Part shown: positions 21,401 through 34,319 of the stretch, piece after piece | Position numbering within the stretch: the stretch's first letter is position 1 | Layout: each line of letters opens with the position of its first letter | DNA from: Paraspadella gotoi | Lineage: Eukaryota; Animalia; Chaetognatha | Assembly: GCA_051294375.1 (NCBI GenBank) | Contig: CM119265.1 | Location: 220,294-284,293, forward strand | Direction: 5' to 3' | DNA: 64,000 nucleotides | Position numbers and translations under genes: made by a program | Notes under the pieces: generated by a model | What the model saw: only the letters and a program-made list of their open reading frames with translations | What the model was told of the DNA's origin: nothing | Database searches by the model: none

Positions 21401-23411
21401 CGCAGCAGCGCCATCCGCCCGCCGGTAGGCTTCGCCACTAGCGTGAAGAGGAAGAACCATTCCGATTTTCCTCGTTTAGCTATGCCCAGCGCGAACCATC
21501 TTTCTCCAGCCTCTCTCTTCCGCCACCGCCGAGCTTCTCTGGTCTAAGACCGGCCGAGCAGCGGAGAACTGGCAAGGCCGTCCCTCAGTAAGGAATCGAA
21601 TGTGTGACGCCGTGCGTGGTTCCTTTAATTCGAAAGGTCGGCGTAAGAGAAGAGAAGGAAAAGAGTTAAAAGTTTATAAAAAACTTTTCGCCTTTGCGAT
21701 CAACACGAAGTTAAAACGTTGGGTCGAGGGTTCTGAAAGAACCTGAGGCTGCAATTGTAAAGAGTAGTCTTGTAGATCCATAAGTAATCCATCTCGATGG
21801 TTGGGGGCTAAAAAATTTTCAGCCAGAAAATTCTGCCCCCTAGAAATGAATTGAGTGAGCGTCAGCGACATGGAAAATCATATTCGAATCTACGTTTTGC
21901 CAAGGAAGTAACTACTTTTTTCATGGTGCCATAAACAGTTTAAATTGCAGACCCGTTTGCTGCCTGCAACTTCAATATCTGATTTGGGCCTCGTTTTGCG
22001 TTGATCATGAGTCGGAGGAACAATTCCACAACATGCGCCGCCATGCCACGCAGCCATTTTAATTCTGCTAACGTCGTCCCTGATGATAAAGTAGGTCGTT
22101 AGACGCTGTGAATGAGATTGGCTTTGGGGAACAGCGTTTCACCGCCGGCGTCGCCCCTCTTCCGTTTCCCTCTCCTTTCGTTTCGAACGTCTCCTCGTAC
22201 TTAGAGCACCCTGGCTCAAACAAAGAACCAAGCGTCGTCCCGAATTCGAGCGTGCTTGCTGCAGATAGTAAACGAGCTTGTTCTTTGGTTTCGCTTTCGC
22301 TGAGTAATTTTTTCTTTAGATTGGGCGTTTTCTTCGAGTTGAAGGCCAAGGGCGTTGATAGCGGCGTCGTCGTCCATCCCGTTGAAGATTGTCGACGATG
22401 CCTGTCGGTCCCTGGTCGACGTATGAACGAGTGATGCCGCTTGACGGATGCTTGAGATTGGCCGTCGTTGTCAAGGATGGTCAGCGAGTTGACAGAGATC
22501 CTTTACGCTGATTAGAATTCTTCAAAGCTTGGTCCTCAAGCTGTCGTCGTACCTCGACGGGCAATTCCCGGAGGATTTTTTCCTTTCGAGATCATCGATT
22601 GTGGAGAGTCCTTTTTTTGTCCTCTACTGAGCTAGGAACCTTTGACGGCTTGAGTGCCGTCGAACGTCGAGAGGGTCAGAGGAGATGGCCCGGCTTGTTG
22701 GCGTCGTGATAAAGCCATATTCTTTCCGGAGGTACGCCAGAAAATCGTTCCAGGCCTCCCAGATGCTACACGAAAAATTGGTTTATTTTTGGATCTTCTT
22801 GACGCCCAATCTTCGATTTGCGAGGTGTGCGAATTTAATTTCGAGGAAGCTGGAGACGCCGGCGCGGACGTAAAGGCCGCCCTCGACAGCGTTTAATTCC
22901 CAGACCTCAATGTTTTCCTTGTTTCGAAGTCCGGAAGGTCAGTTTTCTGATTGGAGGCACCGTTCGAGCGCGCGGGTAGCAGCAGCCAGCGCAGCGCGGA
23001 GTTCGTCCATTCTCTGCCGCGCAGATCAACGCTCCGCGCGCCGCCTTGTTTGCCAATGCTAACGGTGGTCGGCCTGATAGTCGGAACGCCGGCGTTGCGT
23101 CGGAGAAATTCGGTGATCGTCGAACCTCGCCAAAGCCGAGAGGTAGCTGGAGTTGGCTGCTGCCGGGCTGCTCCTATGTGTCGCGCTGTGAATGAGGCGG
23201 AGTCGAATCGCGATACTCAGGTCCAACTCATCAGCAGCGTTGAATCGTCGTGGGCGCCGATCGACAATTGCAAAGAGAGAAAAGGCGTCAGAGGATTGGA
23301 TGGATCAGCTAATTTCAATCGCATCATCCAATCTATACTCAGAAGTGTTGAGCTGCTCCAGAATCTTGACAGAAGGTTTGGTTTGGGTTCACACCGTCGT
23401 GCTTACCAAAG

Positions 23412-24077
23412 TGTGGCAGCGTTGAGCAGAAGGCAGGTCTGCTCAAGCTTGACGTTGACGAAGGGGCGTGGCCAACTGTGCCGATTTGCATCTAATGATA
23501 ATCAGCTTTGAGATTATCAGCAGGGGAAAGCACATTTTGTTTAAAACGAAATGTTTATCGTTTATGTTTTTAATAAACGAATTGTTTTTGTTTATGTTAA
23601 TAAACATTTAAACGATTGTTTTGTTTTTAGATCGACTTTGTTTTGTTGACAAATTTATTTGGTTGAGATAACATTGATTCGAGTTAAGTTTCTCTATTCA
23701 CAATAATGTATGAGCTTTACATGAGATAATATTAACGATTTTGAGATGAATAACGTTTCAATAAGTTTATTCATGAGAGATAAAAACCAGTCTGAATTCA
23801 CTTCAGAAAACAATCATTAAAAAGAAAGGCATCAATAAACAAAGGAATCGCCAGAGACATCTCTTGGATTCATCGATTTCAATTCGAGTTGAAACAAAAG
23901 GTTTAGGTTGTTTTCTAAGCTTTAAATATGAAGTTTTGAAATCCTAATTGTCGGGCTAGTCCGGATGGGCGAGATCGGTGATCGAAGCGTTTCCCCGACT
24001 TTCTTGAGGCCGGGTTCGATTCCCCGAAGAAATAAGTTATTTCCAAAATGAAATAAACTCGCTTCGAGACGGCTACA
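23412..24077 (-). repeat. 5' LTR of C1
   Basis: Followed on the minus strand by the PBS. Contains a tRNA-like unit with GGGTTCGATTCCC near 24012. Confidence 0.88.
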
Positions 24078-24420
24078 ACCACTAACCCTAACCCTACTAA
24101 CCCTAACCCTAACCCTAACCCTAACCCTAACCGCTAACCCCTAAAACTAACCTAACCCTAACGCCTAACCCTTAACCCCTACCTTAACCTAACCCTAACC
24201 CTAAAACCCTAACCCTACCAACCCTAACCCTAAACCTATAACCCTAACCCCTAATCCCTAACCCTAACTGAACCTAACCCTACACTAACCTAAACCTCTA
24301 ACCCTAACCCTATACCTACCCCTACCCACCCTACCTAACAATACCCTAACACTAACCTAGACCCACATAACCCATCAACCCTAACCTAACCTAGACCGCG
24401 TATCGCATAACCTACACCCT
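24078..24420 (-). repeat. Telomeric (CCCTAA)n tract, noisy
   Basis: Direct reading. Confidence 0.93.
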
Positions 24421-26426
24421 TGTTTGGCAAAGGTATGCAGAGGACCTGACTGACTTGTAGTGAAAAGAAGAAAAACCCCCCCCAGAATCGCCACAAATTT
24501 CGTACTTGAACATTCATTAACAAAATGTGGTTCTATAGATGAATTATTAAAATCGATGAATAAGTTCATTAGCAGGGAAAAGCAACTTTGTAGTTTACTT
24601 GAATATGATTTGTTTTTTTATTTGAATTGATTTAGTGATGAAGATAAAACATATTTTTATTGAGATAAGATTTTCCTCTGACTTTATTAATGTAATTTCA
24701 TTTACATTAGTTAGAGTGAGTATAAAAACGTACGATAATAATTAAAGTTCATTTATTAACATCGAGAGGGTAAAACCGATCTGAATGATCTTCAGTACAT
24801 GATCAATAAAGTAAACGATCAATAAACAAAATGAAATACAGATCCAAATCTCTTGGTGATGCGTTCAGTCTTGGAGAGAGAAACAAAAGTCATAAGATCT
24901 GATAACTATCTATATCTGGGATTTCGTAGCTTCGATTTTCAGGTGTTGAAGTTGGCGGCCTAAGATCGGTGAATTCGACCGGCGTCCCAACGCTTGAGCC
25001 CGGGTTCCGACTCCCCTGGGAGCCGGTATGAGTTATTGTCCAAATCGATTTAACTCGCTCAAGAGGTACAACGCCCCCCTGTTGAAATTATCGCTTAAAT
25101 ATATTAAAAATAAAAATCTGTTTTGTCGTCAATTGAGTGAGTGAAATGTGTGTTTGATAATAATATACAATAATATTATACTCTTGTACCATGGTATTAA
25201 ATAATAAAATTGACTTGACCGACTCCAAAATGAAATACAAATATTGCCTTGAAATATAACGAGAAAATAAAATTTGCAAAATATCAAATAAAAATGATTA
25301 AAATAGTGTTTCAAAAATATTTAGCAATTTATATATACATCATTCCTGAATACATAAAGGCCTTTTAGTCGGCCAGTCCGGAGCCCGGCGTTGATGACTG
25401 GGACCAAGATGGAGGAAGCTGCTATGGCTGTCGACTATATGGAATTCGGGCGTTTTTGTCTTTTTTGTTGTTTGTCATTTCGTCTTTTTGTCGCTTTAAA
25501 GCATCTCTTTTAGTACTACTGAGTACATTGGACGATTGTTGGTTGTTTTGTTGTTGTTTATTGTCTCCTCCGTCTTTGTTTTCCTCCCGACGTTTGCTCG
25601 AATTTTGTTTATTCGAGAAATTTTCGATAAGTTGGCTTCGAGAATCTCCACGTTGGCTCGAATTTGTTGTTGTTGTTGTTCTTAAAATCCGCTTTCTTTT
25701 CCTTTTGAGATTGGAGAATGTCGAACGGAGAAACGTCGGGAGAACATGAAGTTTCCGAGCAAAAAGAACGAAAGAGTGGTGAGGAGGGGGTTGGGGGAAG
25801 GTGGGGGTTGATTTTGGGGGGTAAGAGGAGGAGGAGGAAGGAGGAGGAGGAAGAGGAAGGAGGAGGATGAGGAGGAGGAGGCGAGGCTTGCTCGTTTGCG
25901 CCGTTGAAAACGGCGTTGTTCTTGTTGTTGACGGCTGGAATTTCGGTTCTTTGGACCTGGCTGGCGTCCTGGGCGGGCGTTGTGGGCTGTCTAACGGCCT
26001 CGTTATCCTCCAGTATGTCGTCGCTAAATCATGCCGGTTTGATTCGTGCGATATTTACTACTTCTGCCGTCCGGAAACTTGGGTTTATCGATTGTCATGG
26101 TTCAATCCATTTCTGCCTAATACGCGATAAGGGCCGTCGTAAGGCGGACAGAAGGCGGGTTCAACACCTGCGCGTCGAAATGGAAGACGTGTTGAGCCGT
26201 CTCGAGGTTGCGGGAAGGTGCACGGAAGGTTGGGCGATGAGCTGACGTTTGCAGTGGGCGAGGCGAGCGACTTCTACACGCAGGCTGGCTAATTGTTTTT
26301 TTGGCAGCTGGCGCTGTAAGATTGGCGTTGTCCTCGCTGATTTTCTCCGAGGATGCTCCCAGGGGATAGAGAGTCCTTCCCCGAAGACGCAAAGGTCGGC
26401 GGCTGAGGCGCCGATGTTCTTCTTTA
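24421..26426 (-). mobile_element. 3' part of a family D Gypsy element: integrase C-terminus, PPT and 3' LTR (24421-25070)
   Basis: Fragments such as IGASAADL.VFGEGLSIP and LRVEVARL; PPT near 25071-25080; tRNA-like unit near 24950-25025. Confidence 0.85.
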
Positions 26427-26451
26427 NNNNNNNNNNNNNNNNNNNNNNNNN

Positions 26452-29400
26452 AGGCGGCAAACGGCAGCCCCATCGCTTGTTATGGAGTAGTACATAGAAA
26501 GATTACACTCGGCCCACGAATATTCCCTTTCGACGTCTTAATCGCCGACGTTACTCAGAGTATACTGGGAGCCGATTTTCTTGCAGAATACTTCTTAGCT
26601 CCAAATCATCGCGACGGGCTGCTCCTCGATCTAAGGGATTACTCGACCATTCCTTGCGCTGTAACCCGCGGCTCTGCACCGTCACACGTTAACTTCGTCG
26701 ACCAAAAGGACGATATATATTATCAACTTCTGGATAAATATCCGTCCCTTTCAAAACCTAGCTTCGAGCTCAAGGAGCCCAAGCACGGGGTGCGCCATCA
26801 CATCCCAACGGATGGCCGCCCCTGTCAAGCCCGCGCCCGACGCCTTCCTCCAGAAAAATTGGCCGTCGCTAAAGCGGAATTGGAGAAAATGGTGGCGCTT
26901 GGCATCGCGAAGAGGGCGAAGAGCTCATGGTCATCGCCAATTCTCTGTGTTCCCAAATCCGACGGGGGCTGGCGGGTCTGTGGAGATTTCCGCCGCCTCA
27001 ACTCGAAGACTCGGGACGACAAGTATCCGGTTAAACTCCTCGCGGATTTTAACGCGGAACTAGCAGGGAAGAAAATCTTCTCCAAGGTGGATCTCCTCAA
27101 GGGATACCACCAGATCCCTGTAGCGGATGAGGATGTCGCCAAGACAGCCGTAATAACACCTTTCGGCCTCTTCGTCTTCCTGCGGACCCCGTTCGGCCTT
27201 AAAAACGCCGGACAGGACTTCCAAAGGATGATGGATGAGATACTTGGCGACATCCCACACACTTACGTGTACCTCGACGACATCCTCGTCGCTAGCGAGG
27301 ACGAAGAACAACACATCCACGACCTCGAGATGGTCTTCAAGGCCCTCTCCGACAACGGACTGGTCGTCAATAGAAAAAAGTGTGTTCTAGGGAAACAATC
27401 ACTCGAATTCTTGGGATACCTCGTCGACGCCTCTGGCGTCAAACCTCTGCCTCAAAAGGTCGACGCAATTCGCGCCACAAATCCTCCAACGACAGTCAAG
27501 GAGCTGCAGCGGTTCTTGGGATGGTCAATTACTATATCGCCGTTTCCTCCCCAAGGCCGCTCACCACGCCGCAGCCCTGTACGACGCCTTGGCGGGTAAA
27601 CCCAAGCAACTCATCTGGACTCCCGGCTGCGCAGTCGCTTTCGACGCCGTCAAGGAGGCGCTGGCCAACGCCGCGTTGCTCCGACATCCTCGGACAAACG
27701 CCCAGCTCTCGTTGACTACCGACGCGTCAGACTTCGCTGTAGGAGCAGTGCTAGAGCAGCGGAGCAGCAGTGGCTGGGAGCCACTGGCCTTTTTCTCGGC
27801 CAAACTCGACGAGGCTCAACGCCGCTGGCCTCCGTTTGATCGCGAATTGTACGGCGCCTTTAGAGCCGTACGGCACTTCAGACACTGGTTAGAGGGACGC
27901 TCGTTTACCCTCTATACGGACCATCAGTCGCTGATCCACGCGCTCCACAAACGGGCAGAGCCTCAAACGACTCGCCACAACTTTCAGCTGTCTGTCATTT
28001 CCGAATTTACCACCGATATTCGTCATGTGCGTGGTAAAGCCAATGTGGTGGCCGACGCCCTCTCACGGCCGAATCCACCTCCAGCCATCGCGACAATCGA
28101 CAGAGCAATCTCTAGCGAAAAGGTCGAAGACCTGGCTAACACCGTTAACGCGATAGGTCAAGAGGGCATAGACTTGGAAGAAATGGCCCGTCACCAAGCA
28201 CTTGATCGAGATTACCAACGCCTCGCTCAGGACGCCCGGACCGGCCTCAGCTTCAGAAAAGTCAAGCTCGGCTCTCAAAACCTTATCGTCGACGTCTCTA
28301 ACGGACCCGCCAGACCCTTCGTCCCCGAATCATGGCGGCGAAAAGTCTTCGACGCCGTCCACGGCCTCGGCCATCCAGGCATCGCTCGAACTAGAGAGAC
28401 AATCTCATCAAAATTCGTTTGGCCATCACTACGCGCGGATACGACGCGATGGGCTAGGGAGTGCATCCCTTGCCAACAAGCGAAGGTGACACGCCATGTG
28501 ACGCCCAACATCGGAGACTTCGAGGTTCCAGCGAAGAGGTTCCAGCACATCAACCTCGACATCACCATCATGCCTAAATCAAACGACTATGGTTTTTTAT
28601 TGACCATAGTAGACCGCTTAACCAGATGGCCGACTGCATTACCGATGAAAGACATGTCCTCCACCACCGTGGTGGACACCTTCGCTCACGGATGGGTAGC
28701 GACATATGGAGTACCATCTGATATTACTACAGATCGCGGCGCGCAATTCAGCACCTCCACGTGGACTCAACTATCTCAATTGTGGGGAATCCGCCATCAC
28801 CAGACGGCGGCATATCACCCACAAGCGAATGGACTCGTAGAGCGATTTCATCGCCGTCTCAAGGAGGCGCTGATCGCACTTGGAGTGGATGAGCCTCACC
28901 AGTGGTTTTGGCGCCTCCCTTCAGCCTTGCTCGCCATAAGAACGACAATTAAACCCGACATCGGCGCTTCACCCGCCGAACTCGTCTTCGGAGAAGGATT
29001 GTCTGTCCCTGGCGACTTACTGCCGCCGCCACCTGGCGACGAGCAACTCCACGAACAACGCCGCATCCTTAGAAACAACCTTCGCGTGGAAGTGGAGCGG
29101 TTGCAACCAACAGAGACATCAACCCATCGAACGCCTAACGTCTACCTTCCAGATGCGCTAGTCGACGCTACTCATGTATTCATCCAGCGCCCCGGGGTAA
29201 AACCGCCACTCTCAGCACCTTATCAGGGCCCTTACCGCGTCATCGCGCGCGATAATTTAAATTTCAAAGTGGAGATCCCAGGACGCGGCGTCGAAAACAT
29301 CGCTATATCTCGAATTAAACCAGCGACAGTCTGGAGAAATGAAGACGGCGAAGAGCGTGACTCCCAACCACCCCTCCCCGCCTCCTCCTCCTCTCCTCCC

Positions 29401-29919
29401 AGGGCGCCGCCCAGGTCCTCGCACCAGATTCCCGGCGCCAACATCTCGAAAAACTCGATCGTCAACTCAAACGTCAAACCATCGTCAAACCGATTCGATC
29501 AACCTCCGCCAATCGCGGAGGCCAAAGACGACAGCGACGACGACGACGAGGAGATCCCTGGAGGCGAGTTCCTGACGAGGAGAAGCTCACCGGAAGTAGA
29601 AACGCCAGCGTCCCCGCCGGCGCCTCCATCGAGACCGACAGACCGACCTAGCGTCGATNNNNNNNNNNATGAGAATTTCCCCTCGACGTCAGCGCCAACA
29701 CTTCCTTTTGGCGCCCCGCCTCCTTCACCGTCAACCGGGCCCGCGCCAGAAATAGCGCCACTTCCTGTCGCTCAGCGTCAGCGTCAGCCACGCCCACCGT
29801 CGGAACGATTTTCGAGGCCAACGTCGGAAAATTTCTCATACAAAACTGTAAATAGTTTAAATCGTCCAAACTACAACTCAGTGCTTCGTCATCTGTTAAC
29901 GAACATTAACGTGAGTTAA
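26452..29919 (+). CDS. pol: Pol, family B; split by indels near 27525-27590, probably sequence error
   Basis: ORFs 26790-27599 (RT, YLDD) and 27589-29919 (RNase H, integrase). Confidence 0.88.
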
Positions 29920-30035
29920 AACCTTTTTAATCATTATTACTAACTATTAGATATTCCACAAATACTTATTCTCTTCTTACCTGGCTTTTGAGCCCAACCG
30001 TTTCCATAATTTTTGCAAATTTTGTCTGGGGGGGA

Positions 30036-30909
30036 TGTAGAATCGAACCCAAGTATTTTGATCCACAATTGATCCTGGACGCCTCGACGCCATTTCGGAT
30101 CGATATTTATTGTTTGTTTTCACTTTTATTTATATTTAAAATAAGTTATTAAATTATTTGAATTAATAATAAAAACGTCGCGACCTGGTCTCGAACTCGG
30201 GATTTTCTATCCACTCGTCATGTCTTAACCAGAGTCGCCACTGAGACAGTTAACTCTGTTTCTCTCAAATCTTGCTTATAACAATTCTTTATAAAAATCG
30301 AATTGATCTTTTGTTATCAATAAACAAAGGAACACTGTCAAATATCAATAAGCAGCTGATTCCATTTTATATTATTTTTCTTTGTTATTCCAGTAGAGTC
30401 TGGAAACCATTTTAATTCTTCAGAGGAAATTAACTGCATTTACATTCACTATTAATTTCTCTTCGATTCGTTACTGTTAATAATTAATTGTTTTATTATT
30501 GTTTACATATAGCTATTTGAAGCTGATGGCAAAAGCACTTCGAATATCTATATGCTTTGATTATTTTATTAAGGTATTGCTTTTATCGATTAACCAAACA
30601 AGTTGGTTTAGAAACCTTTTACTTGACGCCACAAATAACTTTGCCACGTGCGTCAGCGTCACGCCAGCGTCAACGCCACTTCCGGTTCAATTAAAAACTC
30701 TTCTTATCTAACTAAAATCAAGTCAACGTCAAGTCGAGTCACGCCAGCGTCTCTAACGCCTTCTAACGACGCCGATAACGACGCCAGCGACGACGCCAAC
30801 TCAGCGGCCACGCCCACTCTCTTCTAGCGGCCTTATCTCTTCGTTAATTCACCTCGACGTTGGATGGCGTTATTCTGCATCAAAGTGAGTTAATTCCACG
30901 CCATCTACA
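30036..30909 (+). repeat. 3' LTR of B1 (874 bp)
   Basis: TGTAG start after the PPT, CTACA end; antisense tRNA-like unit at about 30176-30241. Confidence 0.88.
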
Positions 30910-33790
30910 AATCAGTTCGTCGATTATCTTAAGAAGGAGTAGGTACCACTCCTCGCACAAGCCGCCATATTACTCGACGGTTTCAGCCGCGACGGCCTTC
31001 GCCTCGCAGCACCTCGCCCGTTGGAGGAAAAAATAAAATCAGTCTCCATCGACGATTTAAAGAAAGAGACAATCGTTAGAGGTTTACCGATGAGATCCGG
31101 CGCTCCTAGAGGGAAAAATCGACGCCATGTCAGCTCAGATTGGCCGACGAGGCCGAAATACTTCGACGCTGAAGGACGCCCTCGGCTTAGCCGCGCCAAC
31201 ATCGACGATCAACGCCGCTACATTCGACGCACCTCGTCAACGAGCCAGATAGTGATAGCGACGCCGAAATGGAGATTAACGCTGTCGGGAGACAGCGTAA
31301 CGACCGTGGGCGCGACCGGACCGCCCGTCGAAGCCAATTGAAAACGGCGCCGCCCAGGCTCGTCGAGCAGCTCTCGACCACAAAATACAAAGCTCAAGCA
31401 AATCTGTCGATATCATCTGAAATTTGGCGATCAGCTTATAAGTGCGAACGCGGATGTGCCCGCGCAGGGATTCAAGGACAAAAAAGACGCCAAGTCGGGG
31501 AAACGCGTAGCGGGGCAACGCAAGTGAACGCGGTTCTCGCTCAACTGCCGATTCACCCGATTCATTTCTCTTACACGTAGTCGACGCCAGTGACGGACGA
31601 CATTGGTTGGTGACGGCGGAGCATTGCTCTCGCTAGTTCCACCGACTCCAGAGCAGAGAGAAGCGGGGCCGTCTGGAGTTCAACTCAGGCGGCAACGGCA
31701 GCCATCGCTTGTTATGGAGTAGTACATAGAAGATTACACTCGGCCCACGAATATTCCCTTTCGACGTCTTAATCGCTGACGTTACTCAGAGTATACTGGA
31801 GCCGATTTTCTTGCAGAATACTTCTAGCTCCAATCATCGCGACGGGCTGCTCCTCGATCTAAGGGATTACTCGACCATTCCTTGCTGTAACTCGGGCTCC
31901 GCACCGTCACACGTAACTTCGTCGACCAAAAGGACGATATATATTATCAACTCTGGATAAATATCCGGCCCTTTCAAACCATAGCTTCGAGCTCAAGGAG
32001 CCCAAGCACGGGGTGCGCATCACATCCCAACGGAGGCCGCCCCTGTCAAGCCCGCGCCCGACGCCTTCCTCCAGAAAAATGGCCGTCGCCAAAGCGGATT
32101 GGAGAAATGGTGGCGCTTGGCATCGCGAAAGGGCGAAGAGCTCATGGTCATCGCCAATTCTCTGTGTTCAAATCCGACGGGGGTTGGCGGTTTGTGGAGA
32201 TTTCCGCCGCCTCAACTCGAAGACTCGGAGACAAGTATCCGTTAAACTCCTGCGATTTTAACGCGGAACTGCAGGGAAGAAAATCTTCTCCAAGGTGGAT
32301 CTTCTCAAGGGATACCACCAGATCCCTGTAGCGGATGAGGATGTCGCCAAGACAGCCGTATAACACCTTTCGGCCTCTTCGTCTTCCTGCGGACCCCGTT
32401 CGGCCTTAAAAACGCCGGACAGGATTCCAAAGGATGATGGATGAGATACTTGGCGACATCCCACACACTTACGTGTACCTTGACGACATCTCGTCGCCAG
32501 CGAGGACGAAGAACAACATCCACGACCTCGAGATGGTCTTCAAGGCCCTCTCGACAACGGACTGGTCGTCAATAGAAAAAAGTGTGTTCTGGAAACAATC
32601 ACTCGAATTCTTGGGATACCTCGTCGACGCCTCTGGCGTCAAACCTCTCCTCAAAAGGTCGACGCATTTGCGCCACAAATCCTCCAACGACAGTCAAGGA
32701 GCTGCAGCGGTTCTTGGGATGGTCAATTACTTATCGCCGTTTCCTCCCCAAGGCCGCTCACCAGCCGCAGCCCTGTACGACGCCTTGGCGGTAACCCAAG
32801 CAACTCTCTGGACTCCCGGCTGCGCAGTCGCTTTCGACGCCGTCAAGGAGGCGCTGGCAACGCCGCGTTGCTCCGACATCCTCGGACAAACGCCCAGCTC
32901 TCCTTGACCTACGACGCTCAGATTCGCCGTAGGAGCAGTGCTGAGCAGCGGAGCAGCAGTGGCTGGAAGCCCTGGCCTTTTTCTCGGCCAAACTCGAGAG
33001 CCCAACGCCGCTGGCCTCCGTTTGATCGCGATGTACGGCGCCTTTAGAGCCGTACGGCACTTCAGACACTGGTTAGAGGGACGCTCTTTACCCTCTATAC
33101 GGACCATCAGTCGCTGATCCACGCGCTCCACAAACGGCAGAACCTCAAACGACTCGCACAACTTTCAGCTGTCTGTCATTTCCGAATTTACCACCGATAT
33201 CGTCATGTGCGTGGTAAAGCCAAGTGGTGGCCGACGCCTCTTCACGGCCGAACCACCTCCAGCCATCGCGACAATCGACAGAGATCTCTAGCGAGAAGGT
33301 CGAAGATCTGCACACCGTTAACGCGATAGGCAAGAGGGCATAGACCTGGAGAAATGGCCCGTCACCAAGCACTTGACGAGATTACAACGCCTCGCTCAGG
33401 ACGCCCGGACGGCCTCAGCTTCAGAAAAGTCAAGCTGGCTCTCAAAACCTATCGTCGACGTCTCTAACGGACCCGCCAGACCCTTCGTCCCCGAATCATG
33501 GCGGCGAAAAGTCTTCGACGCCGTCCACGGCCTCGGCCATCCAGGCATCGCTCGAACCAGAGAGACAATCTCATCCAAATTCGTTTGGCCATCCTACGCG
33601 ATACGACGCGATGGGCCAGGGAGTGCATCCCTTGCAACAAGCGAAGTGACCGCCATGTGACGCCCAACATCGGAGATTCGAGGTTCCAGCGAAGAGGTTC
33701 CAGCACATCAACCTCGACATCACCATTATGCCTAAATCAACGACTATGGTTTTATTGACCATAGTAGACCGTTAACCAGATGGCCGACTG
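30910..33790 (+). pseudogene. Deletion-riddled copy of family B gag(3')-pol, probably an assembly duplicate of B1
   Basis: Nearly the same bases as 26452-28637 but with many single-base deletions; starts mid-gag directly after the LTR. Confidence 0.75.
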
Positions 33791-34219
33791 AGTCCAATCT
33801 CAGCGTCCCTTCGACAGCTTTCGGTCGAGGCAAATCCTCCCGCGAGTCTTCTCCAAACAACGCCGTCGGCCACGCGACGACGCCCACTTTCCAATTCCCG
33901 CCTCATTCACCTGGAACTGAAGTTTTCAGCGACGCTAACGGCGAGATGGCGTCGACGTCGGCCACGGGAGAGACAGAAGCTCTTCGTTCAGCTCTAGCAG
34001 CGGCTCTAGCTGCTCTAGAGAAAAAGAAGAAACCAGAGCTACCTAATTTCGATCCAAAGAACATCGAAATCTGGCTTCGCCGAGTCGAGGCCGCCTACAT
34101 AAGGGCAAACATCCGCGAGGCGAAGGAAAAGTTCGCCTACCTCGAATCAAAGATCGACGTCAACACAAATCCACGCATCAACGCCTTCCTCTATGGCGAG
34201 CAAACGGAAGCGCGTTGGA
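33791..34219 (+). pseudogene. gag: Family B gag 5' fragment
   Basis: ETEALRSALAAAL...LPNFDPKNIEIW; ends at an N gap. Confidence 0.8.
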
Positions 34220-34319
34220 NNNNNNNNNNNNNNNNNNNNNNNNNNNNNNNNNNNNNNNNNNNNNNNNNNNNNNNNNNNNNNNNNNNNNNNNNNNNNNNNN
34301 NNNNNNNNNNNNNNNNNNN

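Larger units (their letters stand above)
17195..24077 (-). mobile_element. Full-length family C Gypsy element with both LTRs (indel-rich sequence)
   Basis: Matching LTRs 17195-17882 and 23412-24077 (TGTAGCC...GCCACA); PPT at 17883-17891; PBS TGGTAAGCACGACG near 23395-23408; fragmented gag/pol homologous to 47434-50510; telomeric repeats on both sides. Confidence 0.9.
26452..30909 (+). mobile_element. Family B Gypsy element copy 1 (5' end lost in gap), with 3' LTR at 30036-30909
   Basis: Pol, PPT GGGGGGGA, LTR TGTAG...CTACA homologous to 58237-59120. Confidence 0.92.

Noticed and set aside
17195-26426. Ancient degenerate pseudogenised elements
   Set aside because: The damage is dense random indels while a cleaner rendering of the same sequence exists, so it reflects read error rather than age.
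30910-34219. Tandem or nested family B elements sharing an LTR
   Set aside because: There is no PBS after the LTR, the sequence jumps abruptly into mid-gag and back to the gag start, and the errors are deletion-only. Likely noisy gap fill.
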